This document shows, one piece after another, positions 1 through 9,156 of a stretch of DNA of 44,499 nt. This stretch comes from Anaerolineae bacterium (GTDB taxonomy: Bacteria; Chloroflexota; Anaerolineae; Aggregatilineales; UBA3940): contig JAFGMS010000157.1 of NCBI GenBank assembly GCA_016927375.1, positions 1 to 44,499 on the forward strand. Direction: 5' to 3'. The position numbers and the translations under genes are program-made. The first letter of the stretch is position 1; each line of letters begins with the position of its first letter. The notes under the pieces are model-generated. The model was not told where the DNA came from. It saw nothing but the letters and a program-made list of their open reading frames with translations, and searched no databases.

Positions 1-87
1 GCCAGATTAAGGCAATCTTCCCAACCGTATAAAGTACTTTGCATTGTACTTCTCGACTGGATACAGATTTCCGCCGCAAAGTACTAG
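1..87 (+). repeat. CTAG-bounded two-hairpin element, copy a (5' part cut by window edge)
   Basis: Aligns with about 8 differences to 25311-25398. Stem AGTACTTTGC (33-42) pairs with GCAAAGTACT (76-85). Ends TACTAG at 82-87. Confidence 0.8.
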
Positions 88-455
88 CCCTTCAAGAGAT
101 GGCTAACATGTTCGACCAGTTGCTTAGGAGCAATTGGCTTGGTCAAATATAAATCGGCCCCCAATTCAGTCCCGTAATCACGCATCACATCCTGATCATG
201 TGCTGTCAGGATAATGATTGGAAGACTCTTATCTCCCGCGAGCTTCCGCAGCTCCTCAATGACCTGGTAACCATCCATGCCGGGCATGGCGAGGTCGACG
301 ATCACGAGATCGGGTTTCTGCTTTTCGAAAGTCCGCAAGCCCAGACTGCCATCCGCTGCGGAGAACACCTCATAACCAGCTCTCTTCAAAGAAAATTCCA
401 ATAATCCCAAAACAGCATCGTCATCATCAATTACAAGAATACGGGAGGTTGACAT
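84..455 (-). CDS. single-domain response regulator (CheY-like receiver)
   Basis: 123-aa ORF with canonical receiver motifs ILVIDDDD, DLVIVDLAMPGMDG, PIIILTAH and YLTKPI. The TAG stop lies inside the terminal CTAG of repeat copy a. Confidence 0.9.
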   Translation of the reverse strand: MSTSRILVIDDDDAVLGLLEFSLKRAGYEVFSAADGSLGLRTFEKQKPDLVIVDLAMPGMDGYQVIEELRKLAGDKSLPIIILTAHDQDVMRDYGTELGADLYLTKPIAPKQLVEHVSHLLKG

Positions 456-521
456 TGTTCGTCTCCTACTTAAACGAATACAGGAAGAGTAAATGGTCAG
501 CCTACGATCCGGTTCTCACCA

Positions 522-968
522 TCACGAGTCAGTTGCATTTTTAACCTGGCCTGATGCTTTCTTTGTGGCCAGCCGTTGTGCCAAAAATACATACCAGGCA
601 CCCAACATTAACATATAACCGTCACCAATCCACAATACCACACGCCAAATCGGGTGTAAATCTGAGTGCAGGTAAATCAGAGCAACCGTCAACAGCAGAA
701 CTGGAATTTCAGCCATAAGTGCCGCAAAAATCAAAGCAGTTGAGCCAAGCCGGCGGCGGATCACTACAATCGTCTGCCAGGCCGCGAAGAGTAGAAATCC
801 CCCGCCAATAAACAAGTATATCGATGGTGGTAAAAGCGAGCGTTGGCCGAGCAAGCCATCCACTTGAGAGGGAAAAACGAGCAGCACGACCCCCAAAAAC
901 CAGTTGAGCAACGTATCTCCTCGGAAGAGATAATTCAGCGTGAACCGCATCGCGTTATCCAGCGTCAT
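522..968 (-). CDS. small polytopic membrane protein, function unknown
   Basis: Hydrophobic ORF with several predicted TM helices. The ATG at 968 is preceded by GAGGAGGG about 8 nt upstream; the tracked ORF extends to 995. Overlaps the TPR gene end by 14 nt. Confidence 0.5.
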   Translation of the reverse strand: MTLDNAMRFTLNYLFRGDTLLNWFLGVVLLVFPSQVDGLLGQRSLLPPSIYLFIGGGFLLFAAWQTIVVIRRRLGSTALIFAALMAEIPVLLLTVALIYLHSDLHPIWRVVLWIGDGYMLMLGAWYVFLAQRLATKKASGQVKNATDS

Positions 969-1512
969 CTGGTTTTCCCTCCTCGCCCATCCCATCCCAG
1001 ATCATACGTATTAGATGCAGCTGTCTGGTAGCATTTTCTCGCCACGCCAGGTCCTCTGTGTCCAGGTATGCAGAGAGGTCACGGATTGCAGCAGAGTAGT
1101 CGCTGATCCCTTGATGAGCCAGCCCCCTAAAAAAGAGCGCCTCAGGCCAGGCAGGATATAAGTGAAGAGCGGCAGTAAAATCAACAACGGCCTGTCCAGC
1201 TTGTCCAAGCTCCCTCCACAAGAGAATCCCTCTTTCCAGGTAGGCTTTAGCGAGGCCCGGATTGATATCCAACGCCCGAGTGTAATCGCGAACCGCGCTA
1301 GCGTATTCGGCCTTCCCGGAGAAGACAATGCCAAAATGACGGTGTATCCTGGCTAACCATAAGTAGAAGAACGACACCCCATACCGCCAGATATTCACCC
1401 GCCTTGATCTCCTATCCATGGCAAAATTATAAAGGACAGGCCAAAAGAATGCCATGGGTAGTTGTATCCAGTCCCCAAAGACAACTTTGTCTATGATCAA
1501 AGCTGCGAACAC
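955..1512 (-). CDS. TPR-repeat protein with hydrophobic N-terminus
   Basis: 185-aa ORF with repeated A-x-x-Y/F-x-x-A-L-x-x-x-P TPR-like units (AVRDYTRALDINPGLAKAYLERG, AVVDFTAALHLYPAWPEALFFRG, AIRDLSAYL). Confidence 0.65.
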   Translation of the reverse strand: MFAALIIDKVVFGDWIQLPMAFFWPVLYNFAMDRRSRRVNIWRYGVSFFYLWLARIHRHFGIVFSGKAEYASAVRDYTRALDINPGLAKAYLERGILLWRELGQAGQAVVDFTAALHLYPAWPEALFFRGLAHQGISDYSAAIRDLSAYLDTEDLAWRENATRQLHLIRMIWDGMGEEGKPDDAG

Positions 1513-1687
1513 TTTTTTGCATACCTCTACCTATCAAAGCACACGCTACCCAACAGGCTAAAGACATCAAGGAGCAAGAATAAGTTGTTATTGAACACCC
1601 CCTCACTGCAATTCGACAAGCATTATAGGCAATGGTACAATCCCATCGATTTCAGGTTCCAAGTAGGAGCCTTCGAGGAGGTATATC

Positions 1688-1963
1688 TTGGCAAACACAA
1701 AGTCAGCCAAGAAAGCGATGCGTTCCAACGACCGTCGCCGTCTGCGCAACCGCATTCACATTGGGCGGGCACGCACCGAGGTTAAGAGAGCACGTAAAGC
1801 CATCGAAGCTGGTGACGTGACGCTGGCAACCGAGGCCGTTAGATCAGCCAGCAAGTGGCTCGATCATGCCGCAAGCAAGGGCAGCGTCCATAAGAACAAC
1901 GCCGCCCGTCGTAAAGGCCGGCTGATGAAACATCTCGCCAGACTGCAAGCGCAGGCCAAATAA
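1688..1963 (+). CDS. rpsT: 30S ribosomal protein S20
   Basis: N-terminus MANTKSAKKAMRSNDRRRLRNR is the S20 signature; 91 aa and basic. TTG start with GAGGAGG 7 nt upstream. Confidence 0.93.
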   Translation: MANTKSAKKAMRSNDRRRLRNRIHIGRARTEVKRARKAIEAGDVTLATEAVRSASKWLDHAASKGSVHKNNAARRKGRLMKHLARLQAQAK

Positions 1964-1966
1964 CCA

Positions 1967-2001
1967 GGGCGGACCATTCAAGTTGGTCCGCCCCCTTTTC
2001 C
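1967..2001 (+). terminator. rho-independent terminator after rpsT
   Basis: 9-bp GC-rich stem GGGCGGACC / GGTCCGCCC with a 9-nt loop, followed by CCTTTTCC, 4 nt after the rpsT stop. Confidence 0.7.
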
Positions 2002-2064
2002 TAAACAAACACCCATCGATCTATCCGGGAATTGGTCGGTATGGACATCCCTTTGTGAGTACCC

Positions 2065-2096
2065 AGAACTGGGACAAGCCCAGTTCTCATTTTTTC
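2065..2096 (+). terminator. second hairpin plus T-tract (tandem terminator or 3' end of a short transcript)
   Basis: Stem AGAACTGGG / CCCAGTTCT with a 5-nt loop, followed by CATTTTTT. T-run present only in + orientation. Confidence 0.45.
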
Positions 2097-2124
2097 CCAG
2101 ATTTTTCCGGGCGTACACAAGCTC

Positions 2125-2829
2125 TTAGCTAGAGTCTGTGTTCTTTTTCTTCTCACCTGGCTCAAAACGATAGCCACGTCCTCTAATCGTTAGGATGTGA
2201 CGGGGCAAGTGAGGCTCGACTTCAATAGCCTCACGGACCCAACGTACATGCACATCCAACGTCCGTGTATCCCCAACATAGTCGGTTTTCCACACCTGCC
2301 GCATCAGAAAACCACGATCCAACACCTGACCAGGATGCTTCAAGAATACTTCGAGCAAACTGGCAGTCTTGGCTGTAAGCCGTCGCTCTCGGCCATCTAC
2401 TTCAACCATCTGGGCTGCCGGTGCTAACCGAATCGGCCCAACCTGAATAACATCATGATATTTGGCAGGGAGCAAACGTTTGATCCGGTTGATCAACTTA
2501 CGAGCAGTGAAAGGCATAATCAATGTGATATTAGCCACACCTTCCCCAGGAATACCCTCGCCTTGTTTACCCTCTGGTAAAATATGGATGATGGGCACAT
2601 CCTCGGCTTGCTGCCGCAGTTGGTGGCAGATGCGAACGCCACTGCTGCCCAATGAAGCCGCATTGAGAATGATCAACGCCGGGCGCGAGGTACACAACCA
2701 ATCCAAAGCCACTGCCCCTGTTGGAACAGCCTTAACAGCAAATCCCTTGGTATGGAGTGCTGTATCGAAGGTCTGATCCGGCTTTCCTGGTCGCTCCACG
2801 AGTAAGATAGTGTCTCCAGCCAGTTTCAT
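2125..2829 (-). CDS. OmpR/PhoB-family winged-helix regulator with degenerate (pseudo-)receiver domain
   Basis: C-terminal trans_reg_C motifs (LTAKTASLLEVFLKHPGQVLDRGFLMRQVW, VDVHVRWVREAI, IRGRGYRF). The receiver lacks key residues (see finding). Start taken at MKLAGDTILLV (2829); the tracked ORF extends to 2907. Confidence 0.8.
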   Translation of the reverse strand: MKLAGDTILLVERPGKPDQTFDTALHTKGFAVKAVPTGAVALDWLCTSRPALIILNAASLGSSGVRICHQLRQQAEDVPIIHILPEGKQGEGIPGEGVANITLIMPFTARKLINRIKRLLPAKYHDVIQVGPIRLAPAAQMVEVDGRERRLTAKTASLLEVFLKHPGQVLDRGFLMRQVWKTDYVGDTRTLDVHVRWVREAIEVEPHLPRHILTIRGRGYRFEPGEKKKNTDSS

Positions 2830-2988
2830 GCGCCCATTATAGTCCGGAGGGGCAATGGCGCACAAGTAAAAAAGGCCTTTCATATTGAATCTGGGACGCC
2901 TCATCATAAGATACAGTTCGCCATCCAGAATAGTTCAAACTTGCCAACCTGCCTCAGTTTTAGATTTGCCTGTTTGCGACTACAATGA

Positions 2989-4233
2989 ATGCTCATGGAA
3001 CAGATAACACCTTCTCCCCTGCCGGCATGCATCCGGAAGCAGGCAACACAGCCGAAAGTTGCAGGACTGCTGGCTGAGTGGCCTGCCCTGACCGGCGATG
3101 TCACAAACGAAGCACTCACCATCCAGGCCATCCCGGCACCAACCTTCAAGGAACAAGCTCGTGCTGAGGCAATCCGCTCGCGGTTTGATTCTCTTGGCCT
3201 TCAGGATGTCCATCAGGACGAAGCCGGCAATGTCATCGGCCGTACTCCGGGTACTAACCCTTTACTACCAGCCTTGATGATCAGCGCCCACCTGGACACG
3301 GTCTTTCCCCTGGACACCAATCTGACCACCTATCACGACACTGCCGCCAGACGCATCATTGGGCCTGGTTTGGGCGATAACAGCATGGGGCTGGCGGCGA
3401 TGTTCACATTAGCTAAACAGATCACATCCCGCAGTATTGTCCCCGCCTGCGATATCTGGTGGACGGCTACAGTTGGAGAGGAAGGATTAGGCGATCTGCG
3501 CGGCATGCGCTGCCTATGTCAATCTCTGGCAGAGAAGCTGGGATTGGTTATCGTCATCGAGGGGCTGGGTCTTGGACACATCTACCACGCCGGGTTAGGT
3601 GTCCGGCGGCTGAGCATAGAGATCGCCGGACCAGGCGGGCACAGCTGGCTGCACCATGATCGTCCCAGCGCCATCCATCACCTGCTCAAGCTGGGCACAG
3701 AGCTGCTTGACCGACTTTCCCGCCTCACCCACTCCGGTGCCACATTCAATATCGGCCTGATATCCGGCGGCACATCGATCAACACCCGTGCCCCGCAAGC
3801 CAGCCTGGCAATCGACCTGCGTGCCACCAATGACCAGATACTCGCCCATATGGAGAACTCAGTCATGGATGTCGTCGACGCCATACCTCGCCCCGCCGAG
3901 CTGGAGATCGACACAGAGGTTATTGGCAATCGCCCCAGTGCTACACTCTCACCCACCCATCCCCTGGTACAGGCTGCCCAAGGGGTGATTGAATACATCG
4001 ACTGGGGACCATCAGCGATAGATGTCGGCTCTACCGACGCCAACATCCCATTGGCCATGGGCATACCAAGCGTGTGCATCGGCATCACTACCGGAGGCAA
4101 TGCCCACAGCATCAAAGAGTACATCGATACTGCACCCATCGCGTCCGGGATGCAGCAGCTTACCCTGCTGGCCCTTCTGGCATCAGAACATACAAAAGAT
4201 TGGCAAGATTGGCATTGCTCATCAACCTTGTGA
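2989..4233 (+). CDS. M20-family metallopeptidase (ArgE/DapE/peptidase T-like)
   Basis: Motifs SAHLDTV, GLGDNSMG and GEEGLGDLRG are typical of M20 zinc peptidases/deacylases. Start uncertain (2989 or 2995). Confidence 0.8.
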   Translation: MLMEQITPSPLPACIRKQATQPKVAGLLAEWPALTGDVTNEALTIQAIPAPTFKEQARAEAIRSRFDSLGLQDVHQDEAGNVIGRTPGTNPLLPALMISAHLDTVFPLDTNLTTYHDTAARRIIGPGLGDNSMGLAAMFTLAKQITSRSIVPACDIWWTATVGEEGLGDLRGMRCLCQSLAEKLGLVIVIEGLGLGHIYHAGLGVRRLSIEIAGPGGHSWLHHDRPSAIHHLLKLGTELLDRLSRLTHSGATFNIGLISGGTSINTRAPQASLAIDLRATNDQILAHMENSVMDVVDAIPRPAELEIDTEVIGNRPSATLSPTHPLVQAAQGVIEYIDWGPSAIDVGSTDANIPLAMGIPSVCIGITTGGNAHSIKEYIDTAPIASGMQQLTLLALLASEHTKDWQDWHCSSTL

Positions 4234-4434
4234 CAGGCAAAGATATATCGTTCACACACTGTTAACTATCAAGGAGTTGTCCATCATCAATAGCCAGCAG
4301 ACCGTCAGACACGGCCTCGGCACTATTTTGAGCTCAAAGCTGTCTCTCCCACAGCTTCAAGCCCGTCGCTCATGACTCGTTGCACGTTGCTGCTGCTTGA
4401 ACTTGGCACTCATCACTACTTCCAGAGGAACTTC

Positions 4435-5550
4435 ATGCCCACCTTCACCATCGGAACCGCAAACTCAAAACCCGGTAAGTTATCTTACGGTTGGTTAGAT
4501 GCCGTCGCGCTGCCCACTGGCGGCATGGATCGGCTCCCTGTCATCATCGCACAAGGCAAAGATGTAGGTGGCCCGGTCTTCTGGATCACCACCGGCATCC
4601 ATGGCAGTGAACATACAGGTTCTATTGTCGTCCAGCAGCTGCTCACCCAGAAACTGGCCAATGAGCTTCGCGGAACACTGATTGCCATCCCGGCACTCAA
4701 TCCGGCCGGAATGCGCACTAAGCAGCGCAGCCCCTATTATCTGGAAGACGATCCTAACCGTCTCTTTCCAAAGCCGGGCATCGAGCGAAACAAAAAAGAA
4801 GAAAAACCCCGATCTTCGCTAGAAATTGCCTACCAGCAACTGTATGACGCGATCAAGTCCACCAACCCCATCGGGCTGATCGATCTCCACAATGCCTGGT
4901 ATGGCTCGATCCCTTTCATCTTTCGCGACCCTGTGTTGTACCACAAGAAAGGAAGGGGGAGACCAAACCGCCAACAGGCACAAGCTCTGCAGGACCGCAC
5001 CGGAGAAATGATCGATGCTGTCGGGTTCACAGTTGTCAACGAATTCTCCGCCGATTCTTATATCAAGAAGAATCTTCACCGCTCGGTAAGTGGCTCGATA
5101 CTCAACAAGGCAGGCATTCCGGCCATCACCATCGAGCTTGGCTCGTGGATGCATGTCGACGAAGGCATCGTCGATGCATGTACATCAGGATTGCGCAATG
5201 CACTACGCTGGGCAGGCATGCTCGACGGGGAATACGAGGAGATCACCGGAATACCCGTCATTCGCACCCCCTACCCCGTGCGCCGACAAGTCAGCCCATA
5301 TGCACGACAGGCGGGAATTGTCCATCACCTGGTACGTCCCGGCCAGATGATCACAAAGAACCAACCATTGGTGAGAATGACCAACATCTTTGGGCAGCCC
5401 CTTGGCAAGGACGATGGCCTGCTGCGTAGCGAATACGAGGGCTTTGTGCTCGGATGGTTTCACGGAATAGTGCGCTATCAAGGTGAGCCGATCTTGGGGC
5501 TGGCAATCCGGGACGAGAGCAAGCTCATCGTGCCGTTCCCCGAGCCCTGA
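4435..5550 (+). CDS. succinylglutamate desuccinylase/aspartoacylase (AstE/AspA) family zinc hydrolase
   Basis: GIHGSEHTG (HxxE zinc motif) sits after the N-terminal beta strand. Family-typical length. ATG at 4435 with AGAGGA upstream. Confidence 0.75.
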   Translation: MPTFTIGTANSKPGKLSYGWLDAVALPTGGMDRLPVIIAQGKDVGGPVFWITTGIHGSEHTGSIVVQQLLTQKLANELRGTLIAIPALNPAGMRTKQRSPYYLEDDPNRLFPKPGIERNKKEEKPRSSLEIAYQQLYDAIKSTNPIGLIDLHNAWYGSIPFIFRDPVLYHKKGRGRPNRQQAQALQDRTGEMIDAVGFTVVNEFSADSYIKKNLHRSVSGSILNKAGIPAITIELGSWMHVDEGIVDACTSGLRNALRWAGMLDGEYEEITGIPVIRTPYPVRRQVSPYARQAGIVHHLVRPGQMITKNQPLVRMTNIFGQPLGKDDGLLRSEYEGFVLGWFHGIVRYQGEPILGLAIRDESKLIVPFPEP

Positions 5551-5637
5551 ATGCATCAACATTCAATGGATTGGCTATACGGCTACCGGTTTTCATAACA
5601 TTTTTGGTGAGAGCAATTGAAGGCCAAAACAAAGCTC

Positions 5638-5660
5638 TTAACTCATGCCTCTGGCCTCAT
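5638..5660 (+). repeat. 23-nt direct repeat, copy 1 (TTAACTCATGCCTCTGGCCTCAT)
   Basis: Identical 23-mer recurs at 8240-8262. Similarity extends to about 36 nt (5632-5667 vs 8233-8269). Confidence 0.85.
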
Positions 5661-5952
5661 GTTTGTTACACTTTCGTTACATTAGTTTCAAAAAAGATCG
5701 CAGAGCATTATGTTCGATCTATACTAGGAACTAGGAAGTCAATAAGAGGTGAGTCTGTTGTGCTGGGATGAAAACAATCATTAGGAAGCAACCATATTTC
5801 GACCTGAAATAGACAGCATTATTCTCTTCATCTATGCCCCAGTCTGCGACATCGATTGATAATATGACTATGATGATTAATTCCTTTGCTCCACTTCCTG
5901 AATAGGCTGGGGACTATCAGTGGGACACACACTTCGAAAGGATAATCTGGCC

Positions 5953-8109
5953 ATGACCACTGCAGAGCTATCCGTCTTCTTCAGGCCACGCGGTGTAGCT
6001 GTTATTGGCGCCTCGCGCGAACCGCAGAAACTGGGACACGGTGTTGTCCGCAATCTGCTGGAATACCGCTACAGCGGCCCCATCTATCCTGTTAACCCCA
6101 GGGCAGATGAGATCCTGGGTCTCAAGGTCTTCCCCTCAATAGCCGATGTACCCGACCCTGTTGACCTGGCCGTGATAGTCGTCCCGGCCAGATTGGTCGC
6201 ATCAGAGTTAGATGCCTGTGGCCAGCGCGGGATCAAAGGCGTCATCGTTGTCAGTGCCGGGTTCCGAGAGATCGGTCCTGAGGGAGAAGAGAAAGAGGCA
6301 GTTCTCAAGCAAATCGCAGAACAGTATAACATGCACCTGATTGGTCCGAACTGCATCGGCACCATAGATGGCCACACACCGCTGAATACCACTTTTGTCG
6401 TCGGAATGCCACGCCCCGGCGAAATCGCCTTTCTATCTCAATCGGGGGCGGTAGCGGCTGCTGTGATCGATTGGGCTCGAGGCTCAGGAGTGGGTTTCAG
6501 CCGCATTGTCAGCCTGGGTAACCAGGCCGGCGTGACCGAATCGCAGATGCTGGAAGCCATCGGTCAAGACGGCGTGACCCGTGTCATTGCAGCCTACATG
6601 GAGGGAGTTTCTGACGGATCGGAATTCCTGAAAGCAGCTACACGGACCGCCCTCCAGACACCGGTCGTAGTCCTGAAAGCCGGACGTGGGCAGAGTGGGG
6701 CAAGAGCTATCGCCAGTCACACCGGCGCATTGGCAGGCGATCATGTTGCCTATGAGGCTGCCTTCCGGCGCACCGGCGTTTTGCAGGCCCACACCACAGA
6801 GGAGCTGTTTGACTGGGCGCGCGCCTTGGCCTGGCAGCCGCTTCCACACGGCCGCCGGGTGGCAGTTCTGACCAACGCAGGAGGTGCCGCTATCCTGGCC
6901 GTCGATGCCATTGAAGAGGCAGGATTAGAACTCTCACCACTGACTGAAGACACAAAGACCTTCCTACGACAGCGCGTTTTTGCAGCGGCCAGTGTTAACA
7001 ATCCGGTGGATATATTGGCAGGTTCCGGCCCGGCAACTTATGCCTTATGCCTTGATGCCCTTCTGGGTGATGAGACTGTTGACGCCGTTGTCGTAATTCA
7101 AGCTCCTCAAGACTGGTTTGCTCCTATCAGCTTAGCCGAGGTCGTGGGTGAGGTCTCGACCAGCCAACTGGGGAGGCAGAAGCCTATCCTGGCCGTGATT
7201 ATGGGGTTGGCCTCAACCAGCGACGCCACTCAGGTCTTGCACCGGCGACGTGTTCCCAATTTCGCTTTCCCGGAACGTGTCGGCAGCACGCTGGCCGCGA
7301 TGTGGCAGCGCAAACAATGGCTCGATGCCCTACCCATAGAGTCTCAGCCTGTTGAGACGCCGGCTTGTGACCGCGAGATGGGCAAGATGACCATTGAAGC
7401 CGGGCTGGAGGTGCTTCGCCAGCGTGACGGCAAAGAGAGAGGCTGGATGTCCCCGGAGCAGGTCGATACACTATTGGCTGCCTACTGCATTCAAACGCCC
7501 AGCAGCGGCCTGGCCCCCAGTGTCGAACATGCCATCCCGTTAGCTGAAACAATGGGATATCCTGTCGCGCTCAAGCTGGCCGCCGAAGGAGTGGTGCATA
7601 AAACCGATGTAGGCGGTGTGGCACTCAATATCACTACATCCGGCCAGCTTAAGAGAACATTCAAGTCCCTGCGCAAACAGGCTTCCAGGTATATAGCGGA
7701 AGATGACATCAAGGGTATCTATGTGCAGGATATGATTCGAGGAGAAGCAGAACTCATCGTTGGGATTGTACGCGATCCGCAGTTCGGCCCCCTCGTGATG
7801 GTGGGAACAGGTGGTACGCAAGTCGAGATGAAGCGTGATGTAGCTTTTGAGTTGGCCCCCCTCACCCGCAAACAGGCAGAGAATATGCTTGATCGAACCA
7901 GATCCGGACACCTATTGGCCGGCTTCCGCGGCTCTCCGCCTGCGGATCGCCCGGCAGTCATCGATACCATCCTTCAACTGGCGCAGATTGCCCTGGACTT
8001 CCCTCAAATAACCGAGATTGAGATCAATCCGCTCATTGTTATGAAAGAAGGTGAAGGTGTACGAGCCGTCGATTCACGAGTAAGGCTCGACAAAAATGGC
8101 AGCCTATAG
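5953..8109 (+). CDS. ADP-forming acetyl-CoA synthetase (fused CoA-binding/ligase-CoA and ATP-grasp domains)
   Basis: N-terminus FFRPRGVAVIGASREPQKLGH (CoA-binding Rossmann), succinyl-CoA-synthetase-like middle with SHTGALAG, and a C-terminal ATP-grasp (GYPVALKL...HKTDVGGV). Confidence 0.85.
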   Translation: MTTAELSVFFRPRGVAVIGASREPQKLGHGVVRNLLEYRYSGPIYPVNPRADEILGLKVFPSIADVPDPVDLAVIVVPARLVASELDACGQRGIKGVIVVSAGFREIGPEGEEKEAVLKQIAEQYNMHLIGPNCIGTIDGHTPLNTTFVVGMPRPGEIAFLSQSGAVAAAVIDWARGSGVGFSRIVSLGNQAGVTESQMLEAIGQDGVTRVIAAYMEGVSDGSEFLKAATRTALQTPVVVLKAGRGQSGARAIASHTGALAGDHVAYEAAFRRTGVLQAHTTEELFDWARALAWQPLPHGRRVAVLTNAGGAAILAVDAIEEAGLELSPLTEDTKTFLRQRVFAAASVNNPVDILAGSGPATYALCLDALLGDETVDAVVVIQAPQDWFAPISLAEVVGEVSTSQLGRQKPILAVIMGLASTSDATQVLHRRRVPNFAFPERVGSTLAAMWQRKQWLDALPIESQPVETPACDREMGKMTIEAGLEVLRQRDGKERGWMSPEQVDTLLAAYCIQTPSSGLAPSVEHAIPLAETMGYPVALKLAAEGVVHKTDVGGVALNITTSGQLKRTFKSLRKQASRYIAEDDIKGIYVQDMIRGEAELIVGIVRDPQFGPLVMVGTGGTQVEMKRDVAFELAPLTRKQAENMLDRTRSGHLLAGFRGSPPADRPAVIDTILQLAQIALDFPQITEIEINPLIVMKEGEGVRAVDSRVRLDKNGSL

Positions 8110-8239
8110 CAGACGGCACCACCAGGAGGCGTTCCTGGTACCCATAAGCACTATGCTGGTGGTAAGTTTGCAGATATGCAAATCCGGCAAATAGGCAAGC
8201 AGGATGGGGTTATTGTCGAAGAGATACACGCCAGAGCTT

Positions 8240-8262
8240 TTAACTCATGCCTCTGGCCTCAT
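8240..8262 (+). repeat. 23-nt direct repeat, copy 2
   Basis: Identical to 5638-5660. Here embedded in the hairpin GCCAGAG...CTCTGGC. Confidence 0.85.
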
Positions 8263-8286
8263 TGCTGTTTTCGGAAAAGCTAAACC

Positions 8287-9147
8287 TCACAGCGGCTCCA
8301 GCTCCTGTTCGATCTGGGCATCGTAAGCCGCCCGCAGTGCCTTTGCCACCGGGCCCGGCTTCCCATCACCGATCACCACACCCCGCACCTGCACAATCGG
8401 CACAACGCCCCGAGAAGAACTGGTCAGCATTGCCTCAGAAATCCGGGGTAGATCGTCCATGTGAATCGGGTCTAAGACCGTCGGCAAAACAGAGGGGGCA
8501 ACTTCCAGAAGGATACTGCGAGCGATGCCTTCCAGCACGCCATCACCTGCCGTACGCAGCTCTCCATCCAGCACCGCGAAGAAATTGCTGCTCAGCCCTT
8601 CGAGGATCCAACCGGCACCGTCATACATCATAATCTCATAGACGCTGTAAGGATGGCGCATCCTGGCCTTCTTGCGCCACTCGATGAACTGTGAATCTTT
8701 GGCGCGTGGTACCTCACGTCTGCCCTCCACAAGACCAACACTGACCCCCTCCTGGTAGAGAGCCGCCGGCAGCGGCGTGAACGGCTCCAGAGCGATAAAA
8801 ACCGTCTCAGGTGCATCAAAGGGCACAGTCAGCCGGATACGTACCAGAGCAAGCCCGATCTCTTCCACCACGCGCCGCAGGACCAGACGCATCCAGTCAT
8901 ATGTCAGCAGAAAAGGCTCTCCGAGCAAGTCTGCTGAATGGCGCAGCCGTGCAAAATGACTGGCCAAACGAAAGACCCGCCATCCCGGGTAGAGACGAAA
9001 GACGGTATACACACCATGACCGTTTTGAAGCGCAGCCTCATCCAGACTATCCGCCTGAACAGGCACACGCTCCAACACTTCACCACAGGCTCGAAACATG
9101 CTAACCGATGACATACAGACCTCATCCACAGGACGCATCCTGAGCAA
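8287..9147 (-). CDS. class IV (fold-type IV) PLP-dependent aminotransferase family protein
   Basis: 286-aa ORF with the layout of BCAT/DAAT/ADC-lyase proteins (YTVFRLY..., ...EGLSSNFF..., GVLEGIAR, TSSSRGVVPI). Exact activity not assignable. Start uncertain. Confidence 0.65.
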   Translation of the reverse strand: MLRMRPVDEVCMSSVSMFRACGEVLERVPVQADSLDEAALQNGHGVYTVFRLYPGWRVFRLASHFARLRHSADLLGEPFLLTYDWMRLVLRRVVEEIGLALVRIRLTVPFDAPETVFIALEPFTPLPAALYQEGVSVGLVEGRREVPRAKDSQFIEWRKKARMRHPYSVYEIMMYDGAGWILEGLSSNFFAVLDGELRTAGDGVLEGIARSILLEVAPSVLPTVLDPIHMDDLPRISEAMLTSSSRGVVPIVQVRGVVIGDGKPGPVAKALRAAYDAQIEQELEPL

Positions 9148-9156
9148 ATGATTGCC

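Noticed and set aside
955-995. 41-nt overlap between the TPR gene and the membrane-protein ORF
   Set aside because: This is probably an artefact of the longest-ORF start. The ATG at 968 has a strong GAGGAGGG RBS, which reduces the overlap to 14 nt. That is ordinary coupling.
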